A DNA stretch of 64,000 nucleotides from Eledone cirrhosa. Lineage: Eukaryota. Location of the stretch: the NCBI GenBank assembly GCA_964016885.1, contig OZ024740.1:411308001-411372000 (forward strand). The letters are read 5' to 3'. Made by a program: the position numbers and the translations under genes. The notes under the pieces were generated by a model that searched no databases, was not told the origin of the DNA, and was given only the letters and a program-made list of their open reading frames with translations. Of the stretch, positions 26,650 to 41,523 are shown one piece after another (the stretch's first letter is position 1; every line of letters begins with the position of its first letter).

Positions 26650-28856
26650 CGGGTTAATATATCTTCCTATCGATCAAAGAATACACCCAACAAAGATAAA
26701 GATTAGTCATAAAACAAGAACAAATTTAAAAAGTCTTATCTCGCCATCATAGACTTAATAAACTGGAATAAATATATTAGTATCACAAAGCTAAATAATT
26801 TAATATATGCAGCAGTCACTTTTTCTACGAATGAAATTAGCTATTCCCTAGATCTACTAAAACAAGAATAACAAACCCACACAATCATGGAAATTTAAGA
26901 TAGAAAAGATGATAGCAAATAAAAGAAAAGACCTCTCAATCTTAAATGAAATTGGAAAGAAAACAAGAAAACTACAAAAAGGAAATAAAAATACTGAAGA
27001 AATAAAATATAACAGAAACGGAAACCCCAGAGACTAAGTAGTGCCTAAAACAGCACATACTTACACAGGCAAAGACTCCAGTCAAATTATTTGAACAAGA
27101 CCAACTATTTCACTCCAATCCAAAACGACTTTACTAGCAACTTTATAGGAGAAAATAGAGGTAAATGAAGCCCTGGAAGTAAAAGAAGTGGAAGAGTTCT
27201 GGAGAATATTATAGACAGAATGAGAAAGGAAACTAATATGCAGAGGAGTAGCTAGAACAAGGGACAAATCATCCGAAGAACTGTGGGGTGATATTACAAA
27301 AGGTGATGTGTCTAGCACACTGATAAACATAAACAACTGGAAAGCACTGTGTCATGATAAGATCCCAAACATTTGGTTGAGCTATTTAACAGGGAAACAT
27401 TTAATGCAAACACGTTTAATGCGGTGCTAACAGAGCCAGAATAAACACCTAAAATACTCGCTAAACGCTAAACCACCCTGATTCCCCAAAATCTACAGAC
27501 GTAACAAGCCTCCCTACCACGTATACAATTTTAACTGCAATAGTATCGCAGGATGCCACAAAGGATGCTGTAAAGGCTCATGGCTGAAAAAGACCAGTTG
27601 CTAATGAATAAAGTCATAACTAAAAACTGTAGAAAAGACAAAAAAGAACCTCAGCAGGGCATGGATGACAACCAAATGACATTAGGCAATGTTCCCCATA
27701 CATGAATACTAAACACACTAGACATCACTAAAGTAATGCCAACTATAAAAAAATATATATATATTTCTCCAGCATGTCATAAATAAGTGCCAAATAGCTT
27801 TGCAGATACAAACGAAAAATGGAACTATAAAAACTGAGTTCAGCCCAATCAACAGAGGGATATTTCAAGGGTACTCCCTATGATGACAGCGTTTTCGCCT
27901 AGTATTGATTTCAATATCTGAGACAATAAATAGAGCTAGACAATAGCCATTTCCTGTATATATGGATGACTTAAAGCTATATGCATTAGACGAGCGATAT
28001 CTCGAAACACTACTACAGACAACTCGTAATCTACAAACCCGAAAAGCTCTAATACCATGCTAGTTACTGAGATAAGAGAATTAGATCAAACACAGACGTA
28101 CAATTACTTGGACATCAACGAACGAGACAGGGTTCAACGCACACAGATGAAAAATAAGATTAGAATGGAATAATATAGACAAATTAGATTTCTACTTAAA
28201 ACACACAAAAAACACAAAGAGTAAAGTAATTGGCATCAATAATCTAGCGAGCCCAATAATAAGCTACAATTCTGAACTACATACTCAAATAACTAGCAGG
28301 AATAGACAGAAAAACAAGAAAAAGTACTACATTTAAAATACACTATCCAACGTCGGATATCAAAGACTATACCTACCACGAACAAGGGGGAAAAGTCCTT
28401 ATGCAATTAGAAAACTATTATAAAGTACCTAATGAAGGACTACAAAATTATCTAATAAAGAACAAAGGAACGTTAATAGAAATTACCACGGAACATAAAT
28501 AAAAGAAACAAATTCTTTTCTGTCTTCAAAGAAGTCAATATATTTTAAACATAAGCTGGATTGACAGAAATTGTGATAACATAAAATCTAAATCGAAAAG
28601 AGAGCTCCGGAATACATGCTAAAACGAGGGCAAGAAAAGCCCTTACATGGTCAATATAAGAAAATGCTGGATTGATAGGAAGGAGACAAGCACATTTTAA
28701 ATATCTGGTTACCAAGCACCAGACAAAGAGCCGAGATGGAAGGCTGCCCACCTGGAACCCCAAGAAGTACACAATAAAGCAGAGTACACTACGTAACTGT
28801 AAAATATGTGGAGATAGGGTAGAAACAATTACCCACATTATTTCTTCCTGTCCAGG
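26650..28856 (+). mobile_element. Decayed R4/Dong-like (RLE-type) non-LTR retrotransposon, RT and CCHC region
   Basis: Fragmentary motifs in the expected order: NWKA...DKIPN.WL (~27335), DQLL.NK (~27594), RGIFQG (~27855), YMDDLKLYA (~27960), CKICGDRVETITHIISSCP (~28798-28854). Many stops and frameshifts. Confidence 0.8.
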
Positions 28857-29639
28857 ATTTCGGTGGAAGTGGAAGTCGACTTAATCTGCCCCAGCATTTG
28901 ATTAGCACTTTGTACAATCAACCTGGAAAGCTGACAGAAAAATCAAGTACTTCAGTATGTGAACTCACGAGGTAAATAGCTCAAGCAAATGCCAGCAGGC
29001 GTTTTGTCCAGTGTTTTAACATTTCCGCCAAAAATGATGATTATGGTTTTAGCCGAAGTACATAAGAAAAAAAAAACATGCAATCAATGGAGCAGCTACA
29101 CCACATAAAGTCAATTGATCAATAATAATATTCAATGCACATTAATACATAGATAAAATAAATTGCAATAAGAGTATTGAAAAACAAAGTCATAGATTGG
29201 GAGCGGACACACCCCTCATATAATCAACTAGTAATATTCTCACGCAAACCATTTACTTTCTCCCAGCTCTAACAAAAATGTCGAAACTCTCACAAATTAT
29301 TCATCAAATTTAATGACGATCAACATTTACCTCTGTACCACCGAATTTCTCTTCAAAGCATACTTGAAAGATTTTGTTCGTAGAGGAAACTCGAATTTCT
29401 CCATAATTTGAACCACGCCCACCAACAACCTTCTTTCAACAGAGGAAGAATATCCAACCTTCTTTTCAAACGTAAATGGGAATACTATTTAAAGAGGGTA
29501 ACATTATTTTAAGATCCATCCTGAATGGGAGGGATCTACCCATATCAATGTTTATCTGGGCAGTTGCAGTGGTTAGAAATATTGCGTCTATTCACAGGCG
29601 GGGTGAAGAAAAATAGCAAAGCTGGAGACAAAGAAGCGA

Positions 29640-30630
29640 AATGTAATGACATTAGCTTATCCGGAGTTTTACACCCTAAAGCAAATATATATATATACAT
29701 TAGAAGAATGAATGGTGGTAAAGATCTCATCCGTGTGAATTATTTTATTAGGAGTAAAAGGAGAACACTTGCAGGATATTATGTAAAGAGGGACGAGAAG
29801 TTACTGCAATATGCAGCCAAAGATATGGGTATATATATAAATAAAATAGATGGCAAGGAAGAGTTAAACTAATGATTAGAAGAGAAGAGAAAAGAAGACA
29901 TGAAAATGAAAAAGAAAAGGTAATTTAAAATAAAAACACAGGTTATCAAGGATAAAACAACTTCGTGGTCATGACTTAAGCAAGGCAATTTGAAGCGTAC
30001 AACTGAAACCTTACAATTACAACACAAGACCAAACTCTTGCTACCAATTCACTGGAGTATAACATCTACAAAACTTCCGCCACCCAGAAATCCATCTCTG
30101 TGAAATGAATGTGAAAAATGTAGCCTACTTAGTGAGTGGATTTGAGATATTTTTCAACTGGAATAAAAGCGCCGCCATGATAAGTTTGTTTGTACATTAA
30201 TTTACTGTTATGTTGTAGATACCAATACGAAGTAATAGATAATTATTTCTACTTTAGGCACAAGGCCAGCAATTACCCAGTGCATTACTGGTACTTTATT
30301 TTATCGACCCCGTAAGGATGAAAGGCAAAGTCAACCTTGGCGGGATTTGAACTCAGACTGAAAAAGTAATTGAGAATCACTGACCGTACATTGTCGTATT
30401 GAACAAGAAATACATACATTGTCATACCATGGACGTACTCCAAAATGTAAGACGTACTCCAGAATATGAGAGGATAATATGAATGTAATACATGTTGTGA
30501 GGGTAACATTAAGATCAAACAGATTGAAACTCCAAGGCTTCATAAGGCATTTGGGAATACCATGTAAGATTGGTGTCATTCTAAAATCAGTCCTGCTAGG
30601 CACCGCACACATTTTAAGGAAAGATTATGT
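29640..30630 (+). mobile_element. Second R4/Dong-like LINE fragment (C-terminal part), interrupted by a SINE
   Basis: GVLHPKAN...R.NGG, QDQTLATN, KRRHDK and terminal LKSVLLGTAHILR (~30581-30620). Confidence 0.72.
30243..30358 (-). mobile_element. SINE family A, truncated, nested in the LINE
   Basis: Near-identical to the corresponding part of 59692-59805. Confidence 0.8.
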
Positions 30631-30921
30631 CTTTGTTGTGACGTAACAGATTAAATACTCCGGTATATTTTCATCTACACTGCGTGATAAAGTAATACTG
30701 CTACCAATAATAGACATAGTAGTGAACACAAGTTATGATATACAACCTAATTACATTTAAATTATCCATTTAATCTGCTAGGAACCCAGCAGTCAAGTCG
30801 AGGAAGACTACTTCACATTCATATTTGCCAACTATTCATTATTGTGTTGTTCATGAGGCACGTTTAGCGTCTTTTTTATGGATTTCGATGGCTGATTTTT
30901 TTCTTTTGTATTATTTCTACT

Positions 30922-31072
30922 CTCTCTGAGTTCAAATTCCGCCGAGGTTAACTTTGCCTTTCATCCTTACGGGGTCGATAAAATAAAGCACCAGTAATGT
31001 ACTGGGGTCGATTTAATCGACTTCCCCCTCCCCCAAAATTACTGGCCTTGTGCTTATATAAGAAATCATTAT
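30922..31072 (+). mobile_element. SINE family A
   Basis: CTGAGTTCAAATTCCGCCGAGGTTAACTTTGCCTTTCATCCTTACGGGGTCGATAAAATAAAG... Confidence 0.8.
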
Positions 31073-32318
31073 TTTTACTCTCTCTTTAATTTTACTCCTG
31101 CATCACCAGTCTATTGGCCGTTCTCAACATCCATTTAATCCTATACACCAATGGAAGAGAGTGTTACATTTAGGATGTGGAACTTCATCACCAGTTTGAT
31201 CTCTGAAACGGAGCGTGCTATAATTTACTCTATCTTGGAATAATTTGTATGTATCTCGGCATCATTCGCTTCAGAAACCTAAAAGAAATTATTCTCTCCG
31301 TCCTCCTCCGAGTCGGAATTGGTGGTATGACTGGTAGTGTTACAGAAACTGTTCATTCGCGTTTTTTAATTTCAGCCCGACAAGGTGGTAAATACAGATA
31401 TGGCTCTTGCTGCCACTTCTCAAACAGCTGGGATTTTTTGCCATACACCAACAGTCTTATTATTTTTGAATCTGTACCCATAACTAAACAAACCACTCTA
31501 ATGATCTTGTAATTCTGAAGGTTCAATGTACTTGCAGGTCCGTACAGCGCCCTCACTACCACATTTCATTCCCATTAATTCACACTCATTAAATACCCGA
31601 ATAATTTAACAAAAGCAACAATAACCCATTGGCAACAAAACACACACAGCAAAGAACATACCTATCAGAACAATCACTAAAATAATACAAGAAGCAAGTA
31701 CTGAACCCCATAAGAATTCAAGATTAAATCTGTACGAAAATCGAAAGCATCTATATTCCTTCAAATTTCCCAAAGTAAGAACAGAATGAATCACAAACTT
31801 GCACAATGTGAAGCAGTAGAAACTCTCATGATATAATTAACAATAATATACGAATAAACACAAAAAAAGGTTTGTAACAACATCTATTCCAGTTGAGAGC
31901 TGCTGAAATGTTCCGTTATGGCAGATTATATGTAACATTAACAATTTATTAATAGGAAGGAAAAATAATAATTTCGATAGTAAGTTACAAGGCGGGTGTT
32001 ATAGTGCAGAGCTCAATGAATGAAAGACATGTAATTAATCGGAACGGGAAGGCTCAACTGATGCCATCCTGCCAGCAAAAAATAGAAAACCGCATGATAG
32101 ACGATAATGGATATGATGAATAACAGGCTCATCACGATAACGATGAGGATTAGGATTTCATATTTATAGAAAGTGTGTTATCATCGGCAGGAGATCAATG
32201 ATAGTATCGATTTTCACCTCCAACAAGTTAAGTTACGCAGAAATGCACACACTGATGCGTATGCGTAAATGTCTACTCACCCACATATATCTGATATAAC
32301 CATTATATACAAGCGTTT

Positions 32319-32376
<58 letters not shown>

Positions 32377-32531
32377 AAACGCGTGTATATAAAGCAGATA
32401 CTGTTCGTGGTGATGGTGATAGGGATGCTGTTAACGATAATTAGGATGATGTGGAAGATGATGTTGATGTGTGTGTGTGTAAAAATATATGAGAATGACA
32501 AAGGTCCAGTATTACTCTGTAACAGTTTGGA

Positions 32532-32574
<43 letters not shown>

Positions 32575-32590
32575 CGTGTGTGTGTGTGTG

Positions 32591-32640
<50 letters not shown>

Positions 32641-34057
32641 TATTTGTGCGTAAGTGTGTAAGTATATGTGTAGTGGTGTATGAGTGTGTTTACTCATGTG
32701 CTCGCATAATTATAACTTAGACGAAAATCTCTCATATGCATCTTTATTCCTGCCATTTACATCTGAGTAGTAATAATTTTAACAAGATATTTTAGTGTTA
32801 TATTTATTTAAAATAGAGTCATAGACATCAGAATTTCAGTATAATTTATCCTCCTTTTGCCCTCGTCCTCCACGTCAACATAACTATCGTTATCATCTTC
32901 ACCATCAGCATGAACAGTATCTGCCTAGTATCTATAAAGATATTACTGAAGTGCTTTTATCATCCAATGCAACCGTTAATTTGAATGTACACCAATGGAT
33001 GTAGTTAAAATACAATGAATAAAACTCGTCAAATTAAACGATATCTGAATTACTCACATGAATGAATTCTTCAATTTCCTGATTCTAAAACAATTTATAG
33101 AAGAGAGGGTGAGAGGAATGACATTGGATATATAATTTGTTTCATCCCTTGATCCTATATTTGCTCCCTATTCTTAGATAGGAAGACAGACTCTAGAAAG
33201 GCGCTGAGGTATATTCACGCCATATTGTATTATCTGAATAGCGCTGAAAGTTCATGTAAGATATAAGGGGATGTCATTTATTTCATTGACAATTACTATT
33301 CGAATTATTCGCTTTTTGATGATATGTTCACTTTAACTTGATTTTTTTTTATTCCCCCAAATTCAAAGGCGAACATATATTTGTATTTGGTTGATTTGGC
33401 CTATATTCTCTACTGTATGTTTGACAGAATCGAACTTATAGAAGATGACATCTGCAGTAAAATGGAAATACCATTGAATACCAAAAAAAAAATCGATAGT
33501 GTAATAGACCAATAAAGTAGAATACAAATGATACATACTAAAAGTACAATTAGCTACATGTAAACCAGAAAGATTATGCAGTTCAAGGCTAATATTTATA
33601 TACAATCAAAATTATCTCTGTATAGCTATAAATCAACGCATGACCCAGTAAATCGAGAACAAAATGGGTACGGTTCTTATTATCAGTTCTAGCCGTAAAA
33701 GCCTGGCAGTAAAACATTATGAAATGCCCATTAATTATGATGAAATCTTGCATTTTACAAGTGTAAAAGTGGACAAAACTATTGTCGCAGATATCAACAT
33801 TTTCACAATTTTAACAATCAGTCACATGACCGACACAGTGTTTCCTCATGTAGAAGTAAAACACATAATCATAGAGGATTGATCATGTGCACAAATTAAC
33901 ATTTTGCTTTCTAATCGTGAATGCATTTCTTTTCCAACGCATAATAAATATGAATGAAGTAACTCATTCATATATTCATATTTCAGTAAGATATCCTGTG
34001 TTCTATTATTGCACATGTCTATAAACAAATTTTAGGGCAATTAGCCAAAGTGGTTTC

Positions 34058-34124
<67 letters not shown>

Positions 34125-34457
34125 CGTGTGTTTGGTTGTATCTGGTTTTGTGTATGTTTGTACATATATGTATATATAATCATATACACCGATACATACG
34201 TGTGTTTGTTCATGAGATGAGGTGTATATTTCTATGTATGCATATGAACATTGATGATTGTTTTCAGATTGGGGTGGGATGTTTCTCCCTATAAATAGTT
34301 ATGAGGAAATACATTAGCTTACTGACATTTCGCAACCGATCAAATTTGTTTGTGCTTTGTTTTATGTACTTAGTATTTCCTGATATTTGCAGACTGTCCT
34401 CACTACCCATATGCATATATGTATATATATATATATATATATGTGTATGTATATATA

Positions 34458-34489
<32 letters not shown>

Positions 34490-34509
34490 GAGAGTGTTGA
34501 AGTTTGCTT

Positions 34510-34551
<42 letters not shown>

Positions 34552-35086
34552 CGTGTGTGTATGTGTGTGTGTGTGTGCGTGTGTGTGTATATGTATGCGT
34601 GTATGTATGTACATATACATAAGAACCTCTCCCTTATTAAATATCGAATATCATTGAAGTCTGTTGGGTTTTCAATATGACAACTATGGTCTTTGTTCAC
34701 CCTACCCTTTATTAACCAAGGAAACTGTTCTAACGTAAGTTCGCAAATAGCAAATGAATCCATTGTCCCCGTGAGAATATTCCATTACAGTTCAATACGC
34801 CTCAACTAACTTTGCTTCTGCTCTTCAACGTTTTTCTAAATAATTCTCATTGGTTTCAGATTAGTATATGTTTACTCTGTACATTTAACCGCATTGCACA
34901 ATTATATTTACTGATTAGAACTTATTTCTCCGTTGATATATATATATACTTGTGTGTAGATATAGCATGACTTACCAGTTTATAATTCTTGCGTCCATAT
35001 GTATGCATGTATGTATGCACATGTAAGTATGCATACACACACATATACTCGCACACATACACACACACACTCCATACACACACACA

Positions 35087-35149
<63 letters not shown>

Positions 35150-35151
<2 letters not shown>

Positions 35152-35518
35152 AAGGCGGGTAAAATTCCCGAGATCCATGGACGAGTTCTCTCCAGCGGTC
35201 TCTGTCCCTCATTATCGCTGCCATGTCCTGCATCTGGGTCTGAGACTTGGACACTGACCAAGAAACTCACTCAGATGGTGGATGGGTGCTACACGAGAAT
35301 GCTGAGGATGGCTCTGAACATTAATCAGTATACACTGAGGATGAAAAACTCAGAGCTGTATGGGAGCATGCCAAAAGTCAGCTCAAAAGTGACACAGAGG
35401 AGACTGAGGTTGGCTGGACATGCTCACCGACATCCAGAGTTGACATTGCACTCAGTGCTCCTGTGGGAGCCCCTACATGGACACACTAGAAGAGGAAGAC
35501 CAAGGTTAACGTATGTTG

Positions 35519-35520
<2 letters not shown>
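35150..35520. mobile_element. RTE-like LINE 3' fragment with an internal inversion
   Basis: 35150-35231 is the element's extreme 3' end on the minus strand. 35232-35520 (SETWTLTKK...RRLRLAGHAHRH...RRGRPRLTYVD) is the upstream part on the plus strand. (TA)n on both sides. Confidence 0.8.
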
Positions 35521-35551
<31 letters not shown>

Positions 35552-35566
35552 TATATACGTGATTTG

Positions 35567-35597
<31 letters not shown>

Positions 35598-37453
35598 TGT
35601 TACGTGTATTTATGTCAATACCTGACTTTGGTGTAGACATCACATTCCAAATGTCAACAGATGGCACATTTGTCTAAATGGGGATAGAGTCGATAACACT
35701 TGCCTGCATTACGATGCATAAATTCTTTTGACTAGCTTAACATTGCTACCACTGATAACTGTAGGTCAGATTACAATAGTAAATTCCATTTCAAGAATCT
35801 CTTATTTCAATGAATAAATCAATCTTTTCATTAATTTCCAGTCCGTTTCCATCCCGAATACTATTTTCTGGCTTAAATTATCACAAATTAATAATTGTTT
35901 CTTGTTTCAAGCGCCAAGTCGTATTTAATTTACCGGTAACAACATAAGACCTTTGTTTTTATCGACGTATCAATCATTCGCGCCATGTTAACAAGAAAAT
36001 AATAGAACGATTTGTTTTTAATCAGTGTTTAATTAAATGTTCGAACATGCTCTATATTGCTGAATATTATAACTACAAGGCTTTAGTATAGAGAAGTGGC
36101 ATGTTTCACTTGGCTACCATGTGCCAGCTAATTGAAAATAAATGTGAGCTACTCAAGCAGATATTCGTATTTTAGAGCATATGGGATTCAACTTGATCTA
36201 TATATACCGCATTAGCTTGAACAACGCTGATAGAAGAATCATCAGATCACCTTCTGTTTGCAGAATGCAAATATTTTTTACATTTTATAACTGATATTCG
36301 TTTCTGTAAGGTATAAATGTCAAACGATTATAATCCTACTGAAACGTTGAACGTACATAGGGAACAATCTGTTATTCATATTTACATTCATTTATTAGGA
36401 AACATGAATATAAAAATGTAATTTACATTAAAAAACACTCTGCGTCATTGAAATGGTTTAGCCTGTATAATTACCATTATACTCATACCAGTTAAAATAT
36501 ATCATGTTCACCGCAATAGGTGAATTGATAAAATTATTAAGACAAGTAAATAATTCCTCCGTAGCACGATTTCGTTTCTCAAATATATTTTGCCGCATAA
36601 ATTTCCGGATTGAAATGTTAAAGAAAGATGTAGTCTTTCGTTGTCTTGTACGGCTACTTATTTTATGATATTGGTATTGAAAGTTGTTGGCATTTATTTT
36701 CATGTTAGAGTTTGAAGATAGAACACAAAGAAAATGCTGAAAGAAAATACAAAAAAGAAACGTTAGTCTCGAATGTTTAAAGTATACGAAAGTCTAATAA
36801 ATAAAGTTATGAAGCAAAACAAGCCATGATTATGTTTCGAGAAATATTAATATAAACCCCCAAAAAATAATTTTGCGGCGATATATACAATGTCAACGTT
36901 TGAAAGTCCTCTAGAAAAGTATTCTGACAATAATTTATCATAAGAGGAGCGAGATTATTTTAACTGATAAGCATGTTCTGTCCTAGTAAAAGAAGAATAA
37001 AACGGTAAAAATGATGGATATCTTAGCAAAGCATTTGATATAACACACAATTTCTAATCCTATTTCGCTTCCTCCTAATTCTTCTGAAGAACATAAAAAA
37101 TGAGAAATAAAAATTAAATAAGATATATAAATAACTACAAGAGTAAAATATTTAGAGCCAACCCTCAATAATATTATGTTAAAACAAAATATCAAGTTCT
37201 AAATCGCATTTACGGGGAACAGTTTTCATTAGTAGTGGATTGTGGAAACATCTCATATCCTTATATGGTATCAATTCAGTGGAACCTAAACGTAAACCAC
37301 GCCTTCTTATTTAACAGCTGCAGCACTATTGGCAAAACGTTTTGTATTAACTGGCATGAATATTAAGGTGATAACAAGAGTTTCATTTGCGTATATACAG
37401 GTAGGTTTCAATGTGCAAATGTATTTCTGTATGTATATTGCGTTTGTTTGTTT

Positions 37454-37508
<55 letters not shown>

Positions 37509-37791
37509 CAGTGGATTCCCACCCATTTTTGTAGAATTCATGTTACCATTTCTACTTGAAATATAAAGGGTGAGGCCTGCTGTGTATTATGTATTCAACT
37601 GAAGGGGACACACATTATTTGAAGAGTGTTTTTTTCATACTCTACATTCGATTTATTGAATGAATTATACTGTATGTGAATTAAGGAAAAAGAAAGGTGT
37701 TGTATATACACACCTCATATACACACACACATATATATATGTGTGTGTGTATATGTGTATGCGTGTGTGTGTGAGTGTATTTAATAGGTAT

Positions 37792-37843
<52 letters not shown>

Positions 37844-37927
37844 AAAGGTAAACAGAAATAAAAACACAATCGGTACAGTATATGGAAGGTATATATCAGG
37901 TTAACCCTTGATATAGCAGGAAGAGGG

Positions 37928-37963
37928 TTTTAACGTTTCGGACGCTAGTCCTTCACCAGAAGA
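37928..37963 (-). ncRNA. Degenerate Penelope-type hammerhead motif
   Basis: Reverse complement reads CTGGTGA-A-GGAC-TAGC-GTCC-GAAA-CG-TTA. Core A6 to G; palindromic AACGTT. Confidence 0.5.
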
Positions 37964-38758
37964 AAGAATGAGAAATAAAATAGATTGAGGAGATGGGCGG
38001 GTTTGAATTGGAAAAAATGTCTTTAGATAAAAATAACAGGTCCATTCATGTTGACATCTCTTGCAAAACTTGGTGCTGGCGTTTTGTGTATGATTTGTTT
38101 TTTAGAAAAGTGGATGATGGCAGGTGTCTACCTGAAATGGGGTAAAAAAAGGTTTTTGTTTTACAAAGAATGGAGATATGATTTGAGAATTAATTAACCA
38201 ACGTCTTTCAAATCTTCACATATTTTGCTTCACATCGTTGAGGGTTTTCTTTAGATATTTCCATTCATGGGAATTGTTCTGAATTATGTTTGCCTCGTTT
38301 AAACGTGTTTAATTTAAACGTCTTTAAACGTCTTTACAGCTGAAGTTCTTAAATGCAATCACAAATCTATTCTGATAGTTTCTTCCCTAGTTTACAAACA
38401 TGTGCTTTAAAAAAGAATATTCCAGGTGATTGAATGGTTTGGCTCGTTAAGGCGAAGGCGCGTCTCCTGCGCCGTCTAAATTAAACCCCAAATATTCTCT
38501 TAAGTACCGCACTTTACATATTAAAACGTCTTTGATGTGTTCTCCGTGTTAAAATTAGTGAATGTTGAGTTTTGTAGTAAATTCAGACGACGTTCTCGTA
38601 TCGTTTTTTTTCAATATGAGGGTCTAAACATATTTATAGCTAAGAACTATTACCTATGAACATTCAAATTCAGAATTCAAACATACAAGTAAACCAAAGC
38701 GACTACACAACATGGGCAGTTGGAAAATGATCATGCTTTTGGAGCCCTGGTGTATACC

Positions 38759-38872
<114 letters not shown>

Positions 38873-38931
38873 CAAGGCTCTGATACCATCAACACTATAA
38901 ACACAGAGCTGGCATATCTAAGAACTGACTA

Positions 38932-38987
38932 ACTGCCTGATGAGGTCATATCCATTGAATGGCTATCATCGAAATATATATAGCAGT
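38932..38987 (+). ncRNA. Minimal hammerhead motif followed by AATAAA
   Basis: ACTGC-CTGATGA-GGTCAT..ATGGCT-ATCATC-GAAA-TATATA-TA-GCAGT-A-AATAAA. 5-bp stem I, irregular stem II base. It sits in a ~160-bp unit between (TA)n tracts. Confidence 0.65.
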
Positions 38988-39028
38988 AAATAAAGGATTA
39001 TGAGTTCATGCAATTGACTTATCTTTCG

Positions 39029-39141
<113 letters not shown>

Positions 39142-39579
39142 GCAACAGCTAAGCTTTCAAATAAGTTGTATTGAAAATGGAGTGTCCTCCAGTTTGTCGT
39201 TTTTTGAGGGTTATTTCCTATTTCCTAAATAGATGTGCTAAGTAGTTTGGAAGAATAGTGATCCTAAGCGCATATATCTACATTTTTGGCAGATATTACG
39301 ATGGTTCTTTGTTGTAAAGGTATGACTAAGGGAGAGGAGAGAATAATGCGTCTGTGACAGGAAAATATGAAAATATATTTACATACTTTCATATTTACAT
39401 ATTTACATACACCCATGCTCACACATATTTTCACACACAAATAACACACGCACGCACACACACACACACACACGTATATATATATATGTGTGTGTCTGAT
39501 GGTAGCTAAGATGCTTCCATAGGCGGTATGCCGGTTGAGCACTCTATGTTCTTACAGAGCAGAGTGTTATATATATATA

Positions 39580-39617
<38 letters not shown>

Positions 39618-39639
39618 TTTATATATATATATATAAATA

Positions 39640-39708
<69 letters not shown>

Positions 39709-39917
39709 TGTTTCTTTATTAGCCACAAGGGCACAAAAGAAGGGGACAAATACAAAGGGGGAAGTTTACATACAATAAAAACGTGTGAAATATTATCACA
39801 AATGTAGATAGATAGATGCATATAAAAGCATATTTATATATATATACTGCTGGCTTATTTCGGATCTAACTGTCGAAACGGCTGGGGCTCAGCCGACAGG
39901 GTCCTGGCTCTGTTCCC

Positions 39918-40040
<123 letters not shown>

Positions 40041-40577
40041 GTGTGCGCGTGTGTGTGTGCGTCCGTGTGTGTGTATAAATATATATAAACATGTTATACA
40101 GACAGGTAGAGAAAAAAAAGAATCAGGTTGATGTCCCGTGATAGCTTTTTTTAAAAGAGACTATTTATACTTCTATCCGAAACAATAGAGTAAGTTAATC
40201 TAGCGAGTGAAGAGGCTTTTCCAAAGGAAGAATATTACAATGACACCCTCCTCTAAATCTATATTAAATGAACCGTAAAAAGAATACTTTTATTGAATAG
40301 AAAGAGGCCGTGAGATTATTTTGATATGAAAATCAATGCGGTTTTATTGAGCCAATGCTTGCTTTATGAACTGATTTCATTCACGATATCAGCCATCCAT
40401 TAAGTTCAGATTGGTGAAACACTTTCTAGTCGCATCCTACTGTCTATCTTGGTACATCACTAATATGAGTTTAAATTATCACAACAATGAAAATATTACC
40501 ATTAATACTTCTATTCTCAATAACATACACATATATATGTTCATACCTGCGTGTAAGTTTATAAGTTTATAAATATA

Positions 40578-40622
<45 letters not shown>

Positions 40623-41358
40623 ATAATAATAATCCATAGAGGGCTCGATAAGGATAAATATATATCAAATATATAAGAACCCAAGAGCAAATATTTATTA
40701 AATATTAAAATATTAAATATATATATAGTAGATGATCTATACATAGCTGCTCGTAAAAGCGGCTGTGTGTCTGGATGAATTTCACTTGCGGCATTCCGTT
40801 TTGACCCTGCTGATTTCTGTCCAAAAGCCTCCATCTTCGCCTTCATTCTTCCGGACACAAAATTCATACATACGTCATCTAAAGCTGGGATTTTGGATCA
40901 ATTTGTCCTGCAATGGTCGTAATCACATGTTTTAATTCCTTAACAGGACTGTTATGGAGGGGACTGAAGTAAATTCTTATCTTGTAACAAATTTAATCTA
41001 CCAAATATATCCAAGAGAATTAAAATCATCTTGAGCTTTGAGACAACACATTTAGAATGGGTTTAAGTAAATATTATGTGATAGAAAACATAATATAGAT
41101 TTATTTGTGCACTAAGTATCCGAAGAATAGGAGAAATCTATATCTGGATAGAGTACAGACAAATCACTGAAATTGCCGACATTATATGCAAATTACTATG
41201 TCCATTTCAGTAAAGTATTGTTGTGTATATATAACACATTTCTTTGTGGTCGTTTATAAGATATAGTTTAGAACCCTAAGAGGTACGAATATCGATTCAA
41301 GATATTTATCATTTTGTTAAATTATACAGGGAAATAAGAAAGTTATTTACGTTTATTC

Positions 41359-41394
<36 letters not shown>

Positions 41395-41523
41395 AATGTG
41401 TAAATTTATGTAAACATTTGTGTATTTTCATTTATTTCTCTACTCTGTATAAACAGTCATAATATTAAAACATAAACATAGTTTACTCGAAGATTGAGTT
41501 GAGGCGCGAGTGTATTAGAATTC

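Noticed and set aside
37318-37400. Possible internal exon (TTAACAG| ... CAG|GTAGGT)
   Set aside because: Splice-like signals alone, with no coding or homology support. Such pairs are common in long introns.
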